Source of the DNA: Mycolicibacterium smegmatis | GTDB lineage: Bacteria > Actinomycetota > Actinomycetes > Mycobacteriales > Mycobacteriaceae | DNA: 32,000 bases | Direction of reading: 5' to 3' | Assembly: GCF_001457595.1 (NCBI RefSeq) | Contig: NZ_LN831039.1 | Coordinates: forward strand, 1,410,001 to 1,442,000 | Shown: positions 1-8,874 of the stretch, in pieces | How the letters are laid out: every line of letters begins with the position of its first letter | Position numbering within the stretch: position 1 is the stretch's first letter | Notes under the pieces: model-generated | What the model saw: the letters and a program-made list of their open reading frames with translations, nothing else | Databases searched by the model: none | Told to the model about the DNA's origin: nothing | Position numbers and translations under genes: made by a program

Positions 1-747
1 ACCCTGGCCGAATGCCAACACATCGATCAGGTCGAGATCGACGCAGAGATTCGCCGCACCGTGGCGGAACTTGGTGGATTTGACTCGGGCACATGGCTGG
101 TCAGCGAGATCCCGCACATCGTGCGGCGGTACACCTCCGCTCACGTCGAGCGCCAGCGCAACCGATGGATTCCCGAGCGTTGGGCAGGTGTATTCGCCGG
201 CCACGAACAGGCTCACGCCGATCTGCGCGAGCACGTTGAAGAAGCCGGCGGTATTGCGCGCAGCTTCCTGCATGCCCAAGCCGGACGCGACCCCGTCGAT
301 CTTTTCCTGATGACCATGGCGTGGGGTTACCAGCCGAAGGACTACGGGCCGCAGCGCACCGCCGCCGTACTGGGCCAGGACGGGGCCGTGGAGAAGATCA
401 ATGCCATCGTGGAGGCCACCCGGACGGACGGGGCGGCCGCTGGATGGAGCGCACTGCTGGACAGCCACAAGATCCGCGGACTGGGCATGTCGTTCGGGAC
501 GAAGCTGCTTTACTACGCGGGCTACACGTGCCACCAAGAGCAGCGGCCGTTGGTACTCGACGAACGCGTACGAGCTGCGCTGGCCATCGTCGCGCCCGGG
601 ACGGTGCCAGCGCGTGGTTGGGTACGTAGGGACGACTATCTGCGGTACCTGGATCTCGCGGAGACGTGGGCGGCCAACCCGGCGTGGAATCAGGCACCGG
701 ACGTCGTGGAGTACGCGCTGTTTTCTCATGGCGGTGTACAGAAATGA
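1..747 (+). CDS. OGG-fold 8-oxoguanine DNA glycosylase-like protein, 5' partial
   Basis: The frame is open from base 1 (TLAECQHIDQVEIDAEIRRTV-AELGGF...), so the gene probably starts upstream of the window. 'GLGMSFGTKLLYYAG...PLVLDERVRAAL' and the C-terminal 'YLRYLDLAETWA....DVVEYALFSHG' resemble OGG-like fold proteins by recollection of the family. Confidence 0.65.
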   Translation, partial: TLAECQHIDQVEIDAEIRRTVAELGGFDSGTWLVSEIPHIVRRYTSAHVERQRNRWIPERWAGVFAGHEQAHADLREHVEEAGGIARSFLHAQAGRDPVDLFLMTMAWGYQPKDYGPQRTAAVLGQDGAVEKINAIVEATRTDGAAAGWSALLDSHKIRGLGMSFGTKLLYYAGYTCHQEQRPLVLDERVRAALAIVAPGTVPARGWVRRDDYLRYLDLAETWAANPAWNQAPDVVEYALFSHGGVQK

Positions 748-786
748 TTCGCCGGAAATGTTGCGGTGCAGGTGATCGAGGGTGCC

Positions 787-3228
787 ATGTCGGATGAGCG
801 TCTGAAGAACTTCGTGTTGTCGCTGGCTGACCGCGATGACACGTTGAGCGAAGAGGCGAAGCTCGTCGTGCTCGCCGCGCTGGAAGGCGCCGACGACCTC
901 ACGGAGGTGTTGGATCAGTCGGCGACCCGTCCCGATTTGATCGAATCGCTGACCACCACCCACGAGGACACAACCGAACCTGTCGGGGCGTATCTGCGCT
1001 CGATCACCGTGCAGGGATTTCGGGGAATCGGGCCCGAGGTCACGCTCAACTTCCAACCCGGACCAGGCCTGACCGTCGTCGCCGGGCGGAACGGGTCCGG
1101 TAAGTCGACACTTGCGGAAGGTCTCGAGCTCGCACTCACCGGCAAGAACTCGCGCTGGGGTGACAAGCCGGGTGTGTGGTCGCAAAGCTGGCGGAACCTG
1201 CACGCCGGAGAACCGGCGCAGCTCCGTGTGGTGCTGGCCGAAGAAGGCTCGGGCGCAACCATAATCGGAGTGGACTGGCCCGCCGGTGACGACATCGACG
1301 TCGATAATTGCTCGTGCTGGGTGCAGCGGCCCAAACGCAAGCGGGAAGACGTCAGCGCGCTGGGGTGGTCCGGCGCGCTGGAGATGTACCGGCCGCTGCT
1401 GAGCTACGACGAACTGGGCGGCATCCTCGAAGGCGCACCTAGCAAGTTCTACGACCAGCTGCACAAGTTGCTCGGACTGGAGCAACTCACCGAGGCCATG
1501 ACGCGGCTGGAAGCCGAGGTCAAGGTGCTCAAGCAGCCGTCGGAGGAAGGGCGGAAGGCGCGTGCCGCGCTGCGGGTCAAGTTGGAGTCGCATGAGGACC
1601 CACGTGCCGCGAAGGCGCTGACCCAGGTCAAGAAGCGCCGGCCCGACCTCGACGCGCTCCGGCCGTTGGTCACCGGCGGAACGGGGGCCGATGTGCCGAC
1701 AGCTTGGCTACAGGCGGAGGGATTATCGATACCGACCGACGACGAGGTGGCGTTGGCGTGCGAAGTGCTTCGAGCGGCCGCCGGCGCGGAGCTGCAGGAG
1801 GCCGAACGCGCTGACGCTCTAGCCGCGGATCGGAGCCGGGTGTTGTCGATGAGCCTGGATTTCCATGCGGCCCATGGGGATCAGAAGTGTCCGGTCTGCG
1901 GGGAAGGGTATCTCACCGCGGAGTGGGCAACAGCAGCGCGCGAGCTGTTGGAGCAAGACCAACGGGTGGTCAAGGCGCTGGCGGAGGCTCGGCAGGCTGC
2001 CGCCGAGGCGCGCGCCGGAGTCTTGAGCCTTGTGGAGTCAGTCGATGCGCCACCTGCCGATGGGGACGGTGAGCTCACCACCCTGTTGGCTGCGCAGGCA
2101 GCCTTCGAGCAGTTCACCGTGGTCCCAGTTGACGGACAGCGTGCACTTGCCGACCACGTCGAGCACAAACTGCCCGTCCTACGTGATGCCTACACCGCCC
2201 TGCAACAGGAGGCCGCTGAGCTCATCAAGGCGCGACAAGACGCGTGGAGCCCGGTGGCCCTCGAGCTGGCGGCCTGGATGCGGAAGGTGGAACAGGCCAA
2301 CGAGATCGAGCCGCAACTCTCGGTCGCTTCGGAGGCGTTGAAGTGGTTGCAGGACAACGCCGCCGAACTGAGAGATCAGCGCATCGCACCTCTCGCTGAA
2401 CAGTCCCGCCAGATTTGGGCGGCACTGCGACAGGAAAGCAACGTCGAACTCGGTGCGATCCAGTTGGTGGGCCAGAAGACCAGCCGTCGGGTACTACTCA
2501 AAGCTGAAGTCGACGGATCCGACACCGAAGCGTTTGGCGTCATGAGCCAAGGCGAACTACAGGCATTGGCACTGGCGATCTTCATTCCGAGGGCAACATC
2601 GCCGGCGAGCCCCTTCCGGTTCCTGGTGCTCGACGACCCCATTCAGGCGATGGACCCGTCGAAGATCGACGGACTGCTGCACGTGCTGACGCAACTTGCT
2701 GAAACTCGCCAGGTTGTCGTGTTCACCCACGACGACCGACTGCCCGCCGCCATCCGCCGGTCGCGGCTGCCGGCGCGTGTGGTCGAGGTGGTTCGTGGCA
2801 TGAACTCCGTTGTCAGCGTGGCAGAAGCCAGCCGGCCGGCGATGAGAATGCTCGACGACGCGTTCGCCATCGCGGCCGACGACGCAGTCCCAGACGCAAT
2901 CAAACGAGTGGCGGTGCCAGTGCTCTGCCGTGACGCGTTGGAATCGACGGCGTGGGATGTGTTCAGCACCCGCCGTCTGGGGCAGGGGCATTCGCATGCT
3001 GACGTTGAACAACTCTGGGAGACTGCGCGGTTGACCAAGCGGCGTCTTGGGTTGGCGGTGGATCCAGATAACGAGACTGCTCTGGATCGATGGCTTTCCG
3101 GAGGGTCAGCCCGGCGGCATGCGCTGAAGGTGGCGGCGTCTGGTGCCCACAGCGATGTGGTGAACTACCGCGATGCCGTGCACGCGACACGACTCGCGGT
3201 CGGTGACCTCATGAAGCTCTCATCATGA
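787..3228 (+). CDS. SMC/RecN/Rad50-like AAA family ATPase with zinc-hook-like CPVC motif (ORF open from 766)
   Basis: N-terminal 'LRSITVQGFRGIG' followed by Walker A 'AGRNGSGKST' (about 1081-1110). A central 'DQKCPVCGEGY' (about 1882-1908) sits between charged helical segments. 'VMSQGELQALALAIF' is signature-like and 'FRFLVLDDPIQAMD' is Walker B (about 2616-2655). Confidence 0.88.
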   Translation: MSDERLKNFVLSLADRDDTLSEEAKLVVLAALEGADDLTEVLDQSATRPDLIESLTTTHEDTTEPVGAYLRSITVQGFRGIGPEVTLNFQPGPGLTVVAGRNGSGKSTLAEGLELALTGKNSRWGDKPGVWSQSWRNLHAGEPAQLRVVLAEEGSGATIIGVDWPAGDDIDVDNCSCWVQRPKRKREDVSALGWSGALEMYRPLLSYDELGGILEGAPSKFYDQLHKLLGLEQLTEAMTRLEAEVKVLKQPSEEGRKARAALRVKLESHEDPRAAKALTQVKKRRPDLDALRPLVTGGTGADVPTAWLQAEGLSIPTDDEVALACEVLRAAAGAELQEAERADALAADRSRVLSMSLDFHAAHGDQKCPVCGEGYLTAEWATAARELLEQDQRVVKALAEARQAAAEARAGVLSLVESVDAPPADGDGELTTLLAAQAAFEQFTVVPVDGQRALADHVEHKLPVLRDAYTALQQEAAELIKARQDAWSPVALELAAWMRKVEQANEIEPQLSVASEALKWLQDNAAELRDQRIAPLAEQSRQIWAALRQESNVELGAIQLVGQKTSRRVLLKAEVDGSDTEAFGVMSQGELQALALAIFIPRATSPASPFRFLVLDDPIQAMDPSKIDGLLHVLTQLAETRQVVVFTHDDRLPAAIRRSRLPARVVEVVRGMNSVVSVAEASRPAMRMLDDAFAIAADDAVPDAIKRVAVPVLCRDALESTAWDVFSTRRLGQGHSHADVEQLWETARLTKRRLGLAVDPDNETALDRWLSGGSARRHALKVAASGAHSDVVNYRDAVHATRLAVGDLMKLSS

Positions 3229-3575
3229 CCGACCGGTTGGCGCTATTGGATTTCGCCGATCAAGTGCTCGACGGCACCGTCAACCTCGGCGTGCGCGGTC
3301 CTCGTACAGCGGCACTGCTGGCACGTCGCGCGTTCGAAGACTGGCTCGAAGAAGTTAGCCGCTCATGGGCGGCGCACGTAGAGTCTGATCGCCCACCAAC
3401 CACCAGCTCGAAGTTGGTGGTGCTGGGAGCCCTTCGCGGCGAAGAACTCGGCGAGACGGCTAAACGGATATGGCACGGCCTGAGCCACGCCGTGCACCAC
3501 CATGCGTATGAGCTTCAGCCGTCGGTGGCCGAGGTGCGGAGTTTGGTGAGCCAGGTGAGAGCTGTCTGTAACTGA
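3225..3575 (+). CDS. Small helical protein of the OGG/SMC-like module (HEPN-like fold possible)
   Basis: ATGA overlap with the upstream ATPase gene indicates translational coupling. 116 aa, with 'ALLARRAFEDWLEEVSRSW' and 'KRIWHGLSHAVHHHAYELQPSVAEVRSLV'. Confidence 0.6.
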   Translation: MTDRLALLDFADQVLDGTVNLGVRGPRTAALLARRAFEDWLEEVSRSWAAHVESDRPPTTSSKLVVLGALRGEELGETAKRIWHGLSHAVHHHAYELQPSVAEVRSLVSQVRAVCN

Positions 3576-3626
3576 GTAAGGGTTGCCGATATCGGCCTTG
3601 GTCGTGAGGCGAAGTTGATGTCCATC

Positions 3627-3701
3627 TGTCGGCGGTAGTGCCTACCCTCTGATCGTGGATTACGAGGCGATCACCGCATTGCGTGACCGGCACCCGGCGT
3701 G
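3627..3701 (+). pseudogene. 5' stub of a second jetA (DUF3375) gene with its promoter
   Basis: About 70/75 nt identical to 19762-19836. Both read tgtcggcggtagtgcctaccctc-N-gatcGTGGATTACGA. It encodes MDYEAITALRDRHPA, versus MDYDAITALRDRHPAW in the intact gene, then joins IS sequence. Confidence 0.9.
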
Positions 3702-3717
3702 AGGAATTGTCAATACC
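3701..3717 (-). mobile_element. 17-bp terminal remnant of an IS256-family element
   Basis: GAGGAATTGTCAATACC is the reverse complement of the right terminus of the intact IS256-family element (GGTATTGACAATTCCTC at 10542-10558). Confidence 0.8.
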
Positions 3718-3768
3718 TGATCCGCCCCGGCGTGTCTGGAGAGTTCTTCCGTTGGGAAGGATGGGCAC

Positions 3769-4095
3769 GTGGGATCGAAGTCATCGAGGCGGTATCCAGA
3801 CGAGCTGAAGGTGCGGGCGGTGCAGATGGTGGCCGATCTGCGCAGCGAGACAGTTTCGGAGTGGGAGGCGATGGGCCGGGTTGCTGACCTGCTGGGCGTC
3901 GGTACTGCCGAAACGGTGCGCAAATGGGTCCGCCAGGCTGAGATCGACGCCGGCTCTCGGGCGGGGCAGACCAGCGAGGAATCCGAGGTCCTGCGCAAGC
4001 TGCGCCGGGAGAATGCCGAACTCAAGCGGGCCAACGCGATCTTGAAGGCGGCCTCGGTTTTCTTCGCCGCCGAGCTCGACCGGCCCTCTCAGTAG
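3769..4095 (+). CDS. IS3-family transposase OrfA
   Basis: HTH and leucine-zipper-like small ORF (MGSKSSRRYPDELKVRAVQMV...LRRENAELKRANAILKAA); identical product at 12178-12504. Confidence 0.9.
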   Translation: MGSKSSRRYPDELKVRAVQMVADLRSETVSEWEAMGRVADLLGVGTAETVRKWVRQAEIDAGSRAGQTSEESEVLRKLRRENAELKRANAILKAASVFFAAELDRPSQ

Positions 4096-4097
4096 TC

Positions 4098-5051
4098 GTG
4101 GAGTTCATCAGCGCCCACCAGCACATGCGGGTGGGCGTTGATGGTCTCAAGTGGGGTGTCGAGTCGATGTGCGCTGTGCTTTCCGAGTACGGCGTCACGA
4201 TCGCCCCGTCGACGTATTACGCCCACCGCGCCCGTCAGGGCCCCTCGAAAGCCGACTGGGCCGATGCGCAGGTGATCGATGCGATCTGGCAGCTTCGCCA
4301 ATCGCAGAGTCTGTACCGAGTCCTGGGCGCTCGTAAGACATGGATTGTATTGCGCACCAATGGTATCGACGTATCGCGCTGTGTCGTGGAACGGGTCATG
4401 CGGGAGATGGGTTGGCGGGGTGCGTGCAAGCGCCGGCGGGTGCGCACCACCGTCGCCGATCCGGCAGCGACGCGAGCCCCGGATCGGGTCCGGCGTAATT
4501 TCGTCGCCGGTGCGCCTGACCGATTGTGGGTGGCCGATTTCACCTACTGCCGGACTCGTGCCGGCTGGGCCTACACGGCGTTCGTCACCGATGTCTATGC
4601 CCGCAAGATCGTGGGTTGGAAGGTGGCTACCGAGATGACCCAGAAGCTGGTGACCGATGCGATCGACCACGCTATCGACACCAGAAAGCGTTCGGGTGCA
4701 GCATCTTTGGATTCACTTATCCACCACAGCGACGCGGGCTCGCAATACACCGCGGTCGCGTTCACCGAACGTCTGGCCGCTGAGGGGATCCTGCCTTCAG
4801 TCGGATCCGTCGGGGATAGTTTCGATAATGCTCTGGCCGAATCGGTGAACAGCAGCTACAAGACCGAACTCATCGACCGCCAGCCGCTCTATCCCGGTGC
4901 CACCGAACTGGCGCTGGGGACCGCCGAATGGGTGGCCTTCTACAACCGTCAGCGACCCAACGGCTACTGCCAGGACCTGACCCCCGATCGGGCCGAAGCG
5001 CTCTACTACCACCGCCAACGGCACCCTCATGCCGAGGAGGCACTCAGATAA
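4098..5051 (+). CDS. IS3-family transposase OrfB (DDE/rve integrase domain)
   Basis: 'DRLWVADFTYCRTRAGWAYTAFVTDVYARKIVGW', 'LIHHSDAGSQYT' and 'DNALAESVNSSYKTELI' are typical DDE motifs. Confidence 0.95.
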   Translation: MEFISAHQHMRVGVDGLKWGVESMCAVLSEYGVTIAPSTYYAHRARQGPSKADWADAQVIDAIWQLRQSQSLYRVLGARKTWIVLRTNGIDVSRCVVERVMREMGWRGACKRRRVRTTVADPAATRAPDRVRRNFVAGAPDRLWVADFTYCRTRAGWAYTAFVTDVYARKIVGWKVATEMTQKLVTDAIDHAIDTRKRSGAASLDSLIHHSDAGSQYTAVAFTERLAAEGILPSVGSVGDSFDNALAESVNSSYKTELIDRQPLYPGATELALGTAEWVAFYNRQRPNGYCQDLTPDRAEALYYHRQRHPHAEEALR

Positions 5052-5081
5052 GAGAACCTCCCGACATGCCGGGGCGGATCA

Positions 5082-5530
5082 AGGTGAACTCCCGCAACAA
5101 AGTACCAACAGTTGACGGTGCATACACACCGCCAAAGAGTGTCTTCATGCCACCGGCGCGAACCAAGTCGAGGTCATCGATGCTGTCCGCGCCGACACAC
5201 ATGCCGGCGATCACCGTGGTCAGCTTCGGGGACGGATTCGCCGAGCCGGATTTGATCTTCGGTGCCGGAATGGAAATCTTGTCGGCCAACAACTTCGGTA
5301 GTCCGGTCTGGGCCGCCAACGTCATCACCGGCACCAGCCCGGCGCACGACACGAGATGGGCATCATCGAAGACCGCCGACGACACGGCGAACCTATGGGA
5401 CACTTGCACCGGAAGTGCCTTTCTGACCGTGGGCTGATCGAAGTGTGGTAACTCCAATCATCCCAGCTCAAAGGGCACTTTCCTTATATCAACACCCTCC
5501 GACCAGGCGATTCATCGGTGGATCGAGGCT
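5082..5530 (-). pseudogene. IS1380-family element 1, truncated; only the transposase N-terminus remains (coding part about 5082-5457)
   Basis: Reads MELPHFDQPTVRKALPVQVSHRFAVSSAVFDD...YAPSTVGTLLREFT, then breaks at the IS3 end. Homologous to the N-termini of the 5669-7117 and 7348-8795 ORFs. Confidence 0.88.
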
Positions 5531-5531
5531 T

Positions 5532-7193
5532 AGCCTGAATCCGTGGAGCGGCCCTCCTTGAGGTGTCCGTGTGTGGTTTCTGCTGCGTTCGGTGTTGCGG
5601 GCATGCGGTAGTTGCTGGTCTGCCCAGCTTTTCCTGTGTGCTCCGGTTGGGCCTGTTCGGCGCGTTGGTCAGGTCGTTGCCGGTAGCGGTGGGCTGTATC
5701 CGATGGTGTTGCGCCACAACGTGAGCCAGTGCTCTGTCCAGGGCCAGTGCTCGGGGAGGTGCAGGATCGGTCGACGCTGGGGTCGGGCCAGACGGGCGGG
5801 AATGTTGACGATCTTGCGGCGCAGCGTCGCGCCGCGGGCAACCACGTGGGCACCTCCTGCGAGCACGCCGGCGGCGCGCAGCAGGTTGTGCGCGATCGCC
5901 GCGCACAACACCCACGCACTGTTGGCACCGAACTGTCCTGAGGGCATGTGGGCCAGGGGTCCGTCGATCAGATCGGCGAAGACGGTTTCGATGATCGCGT
6001 GCTGGCGGTGGGTGATGTCAGCCTCGGCGGTCGGCAAGTCTGTGTTGGTGAAGAACGGGTGATACCGCCACACCGGGAACAGCGCGTCCCGAAATCTCGC
6101 GTCTTTGACTCGCCGCACCACCAACCGCGCGGTGAACCGATCTTTGGTAGAGGCGAAGGCGGTGTAGCTGACCTCGGCGACCTCGGCATCAGAAATCCAG
6201 TCACCGGTGTCGGGATCACGCACTGCACCGGGATAGTTGACCGGCTCCCAGGCCTGCTCGTCGATCGAACTGATGGCCCGATCAACCGCGGTATTGCGGG
6301 TCATCACCACCGAGAAGTGCGCATTGTGGGCTCGGCAGGCGCCCACCACCGACCGGGTGCCGTAGGACGAATCGCCACGCACCAGCAGTTGCCCGCGCAC
6401 GCCGGCGGCGCGGGCGGTGGCGATGGCTTGGGCGACCATGCGGCCCGCACCCTTCCCGGAACTGGTCTTACCGGCGCGCAGCCGCATCCCGGCGATCACC
6501 GGCGCCGCTCCGGGGGTGCTGATCGTCGTCGCCAACGGGGAGAGCCCTTTACGCAGAACCTGCTTACCAGCGATCTTGGTATGCCCGTAGGAGGCACCCT
6601 GTTTGGCGTGGCCATAGACCGGGCGCAGCAGTGAGTCGATGTCGATGAACGCCCCCGTGTCGGATCCGGGCAGCAGGTCCACCCGCGCACAGAGTGCGGC
6701 CAGATGATGACGCAGGACCGACTCCAACTGCCGGGCGTGTCCGAAGGTGAACTCCCGCAACAGTGTTCCGATCGTCGATGGTGCATAGACCCCATCGAAG
6801 AGCGTCTTCATCCCGCCGCCACGCACGAGGTCGAGGTCATCAATGCTGTCGGCGCCGGCGCACATTCCGGCGACCACGGTGAGCAGCTTCGGCGACGGGT
6901 TGGCCGACCCGGACTTGATCCGTGGTTCGCTGATACGAACCTTGTCGGCCAGCAACTGTGACAGCCCGGTCTGGGTGGCCAGCGTCATTACCGGCACCAG
7001 ACCGGCGCACGACACGAGATGGGCATCATCGAAGACCGCCGACGACGCAGCGAACCTATGGGACACTTTCACCGGAAGTGCCTTTCGAAGTTGTGCCGAT
7101 AAGTGCCTAGAGAACACTCATCATCACAGCTCAGAAGGCACTTTCCTCGTCACGACACCCTGCGACCAGCCAATTCATCGGTGGATCGAGGCT
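5532..7193 (-). mobile_element. IS1380-family insertion sequence 2
   Basis: Ends AGCCTGAATCCGTGGA... and ...TCGGTGGATCGAGGCT; contains a full-length transposase; 1662 bp. Confidence 0.82.
5669..7117 (-). CDS. IS1380-family transposase
   Basis: 482 aa intact ORF with 'IDIDSLLRPVYGHAKQGASYGHTKIAGKQVLRKGLSPL', 'LLVRGDSSYG' and 'IIETVFADLIDGPLAHMPSGQFGANSAW'. Confidence 0.88.
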   Translation of the reverse strand: MFSRHLSAQLRKALPVKVSHRFAASSAVFDDAHLVSCAGLVPVMTLATQTGLSQLLADKVRISEPRIKSGSANPSPKLLTVVAGMCAGADSIDDLDLVRGGGMKTLFDGVYAPSTIGTLLREFTFGHARQLESVLRHHLAALCARVDLLPGSDTGAFIDIDSLLRPVYGHAKQGASYGHTKIAGKQVLRKGLSPLATTISTPGAAPVIAGMRLRAGKTSSGKGAGRMVAQAIATARAAGVRGQLLVRGDSSYGTRSVVGACRAHNAHFSVVMTRNTAVDRAISSIDEQAWEPVNYPGAVRDPDTGDWISDAEVAEVSYTAFASTKDRFTARLVVRRVKDARFRDALFPVWRYHPFFTNTDLPTAEADITHRQHAIIETVFADLIDGPLAHMPSGQFGANSAWVLCAAIAHNLLRAAGVLAGGAHVVARGATLRRKIVNIPARLARPQRRPILHLPEHWPWTEHWLTLWRNTIGYSPPLPATT

Positions 7194-7208
7194 TAGGCAG
7201 CACCCCTT

Positions 7209-8874
7209 AGCCTCGATCCGTGGATCGACCCTGTTGAGGTTGTTTGGGGCTGATTTTTGTCGTGCGCCCAGGTCGTGGGCAGCCTGTAGCCGCTGGTCTG
7301 CCCAGCTTTTCCTGTGATGTTCGGGTCGGGGCCTGTGGGTCCGGTGGTCAGTGGGTCGCAGCAGTTGGCGGGCTGTAGCCGATTGTGTTGCGCCACAATG
7401 TGAGCCACTGCTGGGCCCACGGCCAATGCGAGGGTAGATGCAGGATGGGTCGGCGTTGGGGCCGAGCCAGTCGAGCCGGGATGTTGACGATCTTGCGGCG
7501 CAGTGTGGCTCCGCGCGCGAGGGCATGGGCACCGCCGGCGAGCACCCGGCGGCGCGCAGCAGGTTGTGGGCGATCGCCGCGCACAGGACCCAGGCCGAGT
7601 TCGCGCCGAACCGCCCGGAGGGCATATGCGCCAACGGTCCGTCGATCAGGTCGGCGAACACGGTTTCGATGATGGCGTGGCGGCGGTGGGTGATGTCAGC
7701 GGCGTCGACGGGTTCGTCGGAATCGGTGAAGAAGGGGTGATACCGCCACACCGGAAACAGCGCATCGAGGTATCGGGCGTCTTTGACCCGGCGCACGATC
7801 AACCGAGCGGTGACCGGGGTGTTGGTGGAACTGAAAGCGGTGTAGGTGGTTTCGGCGACTTCGGCATCGGAGATCCAGGCGCCGGTGTCGGGGTCGCGCA
7901 CTGCGCCGGGGTAGTTGACCGGGGTCCAGGCGTTATCGCTGATGGCCTCGATGGCCGCAGCGACGGCGCGGGTCTTGGTCAGCACCAGCGAGAAGTGGGC
8001 GCCGGCGCGGCGGCAGGCGGCCACCACGGTGCTGTTGCCGTAGGCCGAGTCTCCGCGCACCAGGATCTGCCCGTTGACACCGGCGGCGCGGGCGGTGGTG
8101 ACTGCTTGGGCGATCATCCGGGCTGCGCCCTTGCCGGAGTTGGTCTTGCCCGCCCGCAGCCGGGCTCCGGTGATCATCGGGGCACCCGTGGTGGTGCTGA
8201 TGGTGGTGATCAGCGGCGAGAGGCCTTTGCGCAGGATCTGCTTGCCGGCGATCTTGGTGTGTCCGTAGGAGGCTCCTTGTTTGGCGTGGCCGTAGACCGG
8301 GCGCAGCAGTGAATCGATGTCGACGAACGCTTGGGTATCGGCGCCGGGTAGCAACGCGACGCGCTCGCAGAGCCCGCCCAGATGCTCACGCAGCACTGCT
8401 TCCAGTTGGCGTGCGTGTCCGAAGGTGAACTCCCGCAACAGTGTTCCGATGGTCGAGGGCGCGTACACGCCGCCAAAGAGGGCTTTCATTCCACCGGAGC
8501 GCACGAGGTCGAGGTCGTCGATGCTGTCGGCGCCGGCGCACATTCCGGCGACCACGGTGAGCAGCTTCGGTGACGGATTGGCCGAGCCGGACTTGATCCG
8601 CGGTTCAACGATTTCGACCTTGTCCGCGATCAGGTCCGATAGCCCGGTCTGGCTGGCCAGGGTCATCACCGGCACCAGGCCGGCGCACGACACCAGATGC
8701 TCATCATCGAACACTGCAGACGCAGCCATGAAGTTGTGCGACACTTTCACCGGAAGTGCCTTTCGAAGTTGTGCCGATAAGTGCGTAAGGAACACTCATC
8801 ATCGCAGCTCAGAAGGCACTTTCCTTATATCGACACCCGCCTATCCAGGCTTTCCATCGGTGGATCGAGGCTTA
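7209..8874 (-). mobile_element. IS1380-family insertion sequence 3 (transposase frameshifted)
   Basis: Ends AGCCTCGATCCGTGGATCG... and ...TCGGTGGATCGAGGCT; 1666 bp, nearly the same length as element 2. Confidence 0.82.
7348..8795 (-). pseudogene. IS1380-family transposase with C-terminal frameshift
   Basis: The ORF matches the 5669-7117 product up to 'AHNLLRAAG', then goes out of frame. The expected tail 'VLAGGAHALARGATLRRKIVNIPARLARPQRRPILHLPSHWPW' is in another frame (7348-7584). The + strand has gagcacccggcgg where element 2 has gagcacgccggcgg, a 1-nt loss near 7545. Confidence 0.82.

Larger units (their letters stand above)
3718..5081 (+). mobile_element. IS3-family insertion sequence, copy 1
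   Basis: Ends are TGATCCGCCCCGGCGTGTCTGGAGAG... and the inverted ...GAACCTCCCGACATGCCGGGGCGGATCA. The 1364-bp length equals that of the inverted copy at 11192-12555. No matching target duplication. Confidence 0.92.

Noticed and set aside
766-3228. Calling the ATPase locus a Lamassu or Gabija system outright
   Set aside because: No LmuA-like effector or GajB helicase is seen; the partner is OGG-like. A subtype relation needs profile searches that I cannot run.
3225-3717. Reading the jetA stub as an in-frame small gene (MDYEAITALRDRHPA*)
   Set aside because: The stop is created by the IS256 terminus (gcGTGAgg); it matches only the first codons of jetA.
4089-4670. 193-aa ORF antisense to IS3 OrfB, repeated identically at 11603-12184
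   Set aside because: The repeat is explained by the duplicated IS, so conservation gives no support for coding.
7503-8312. 269-aa plus-strand ORF and similar ORF at 5948-6634
   Set aside because: Both are mirror frames of IS1380 transposases.
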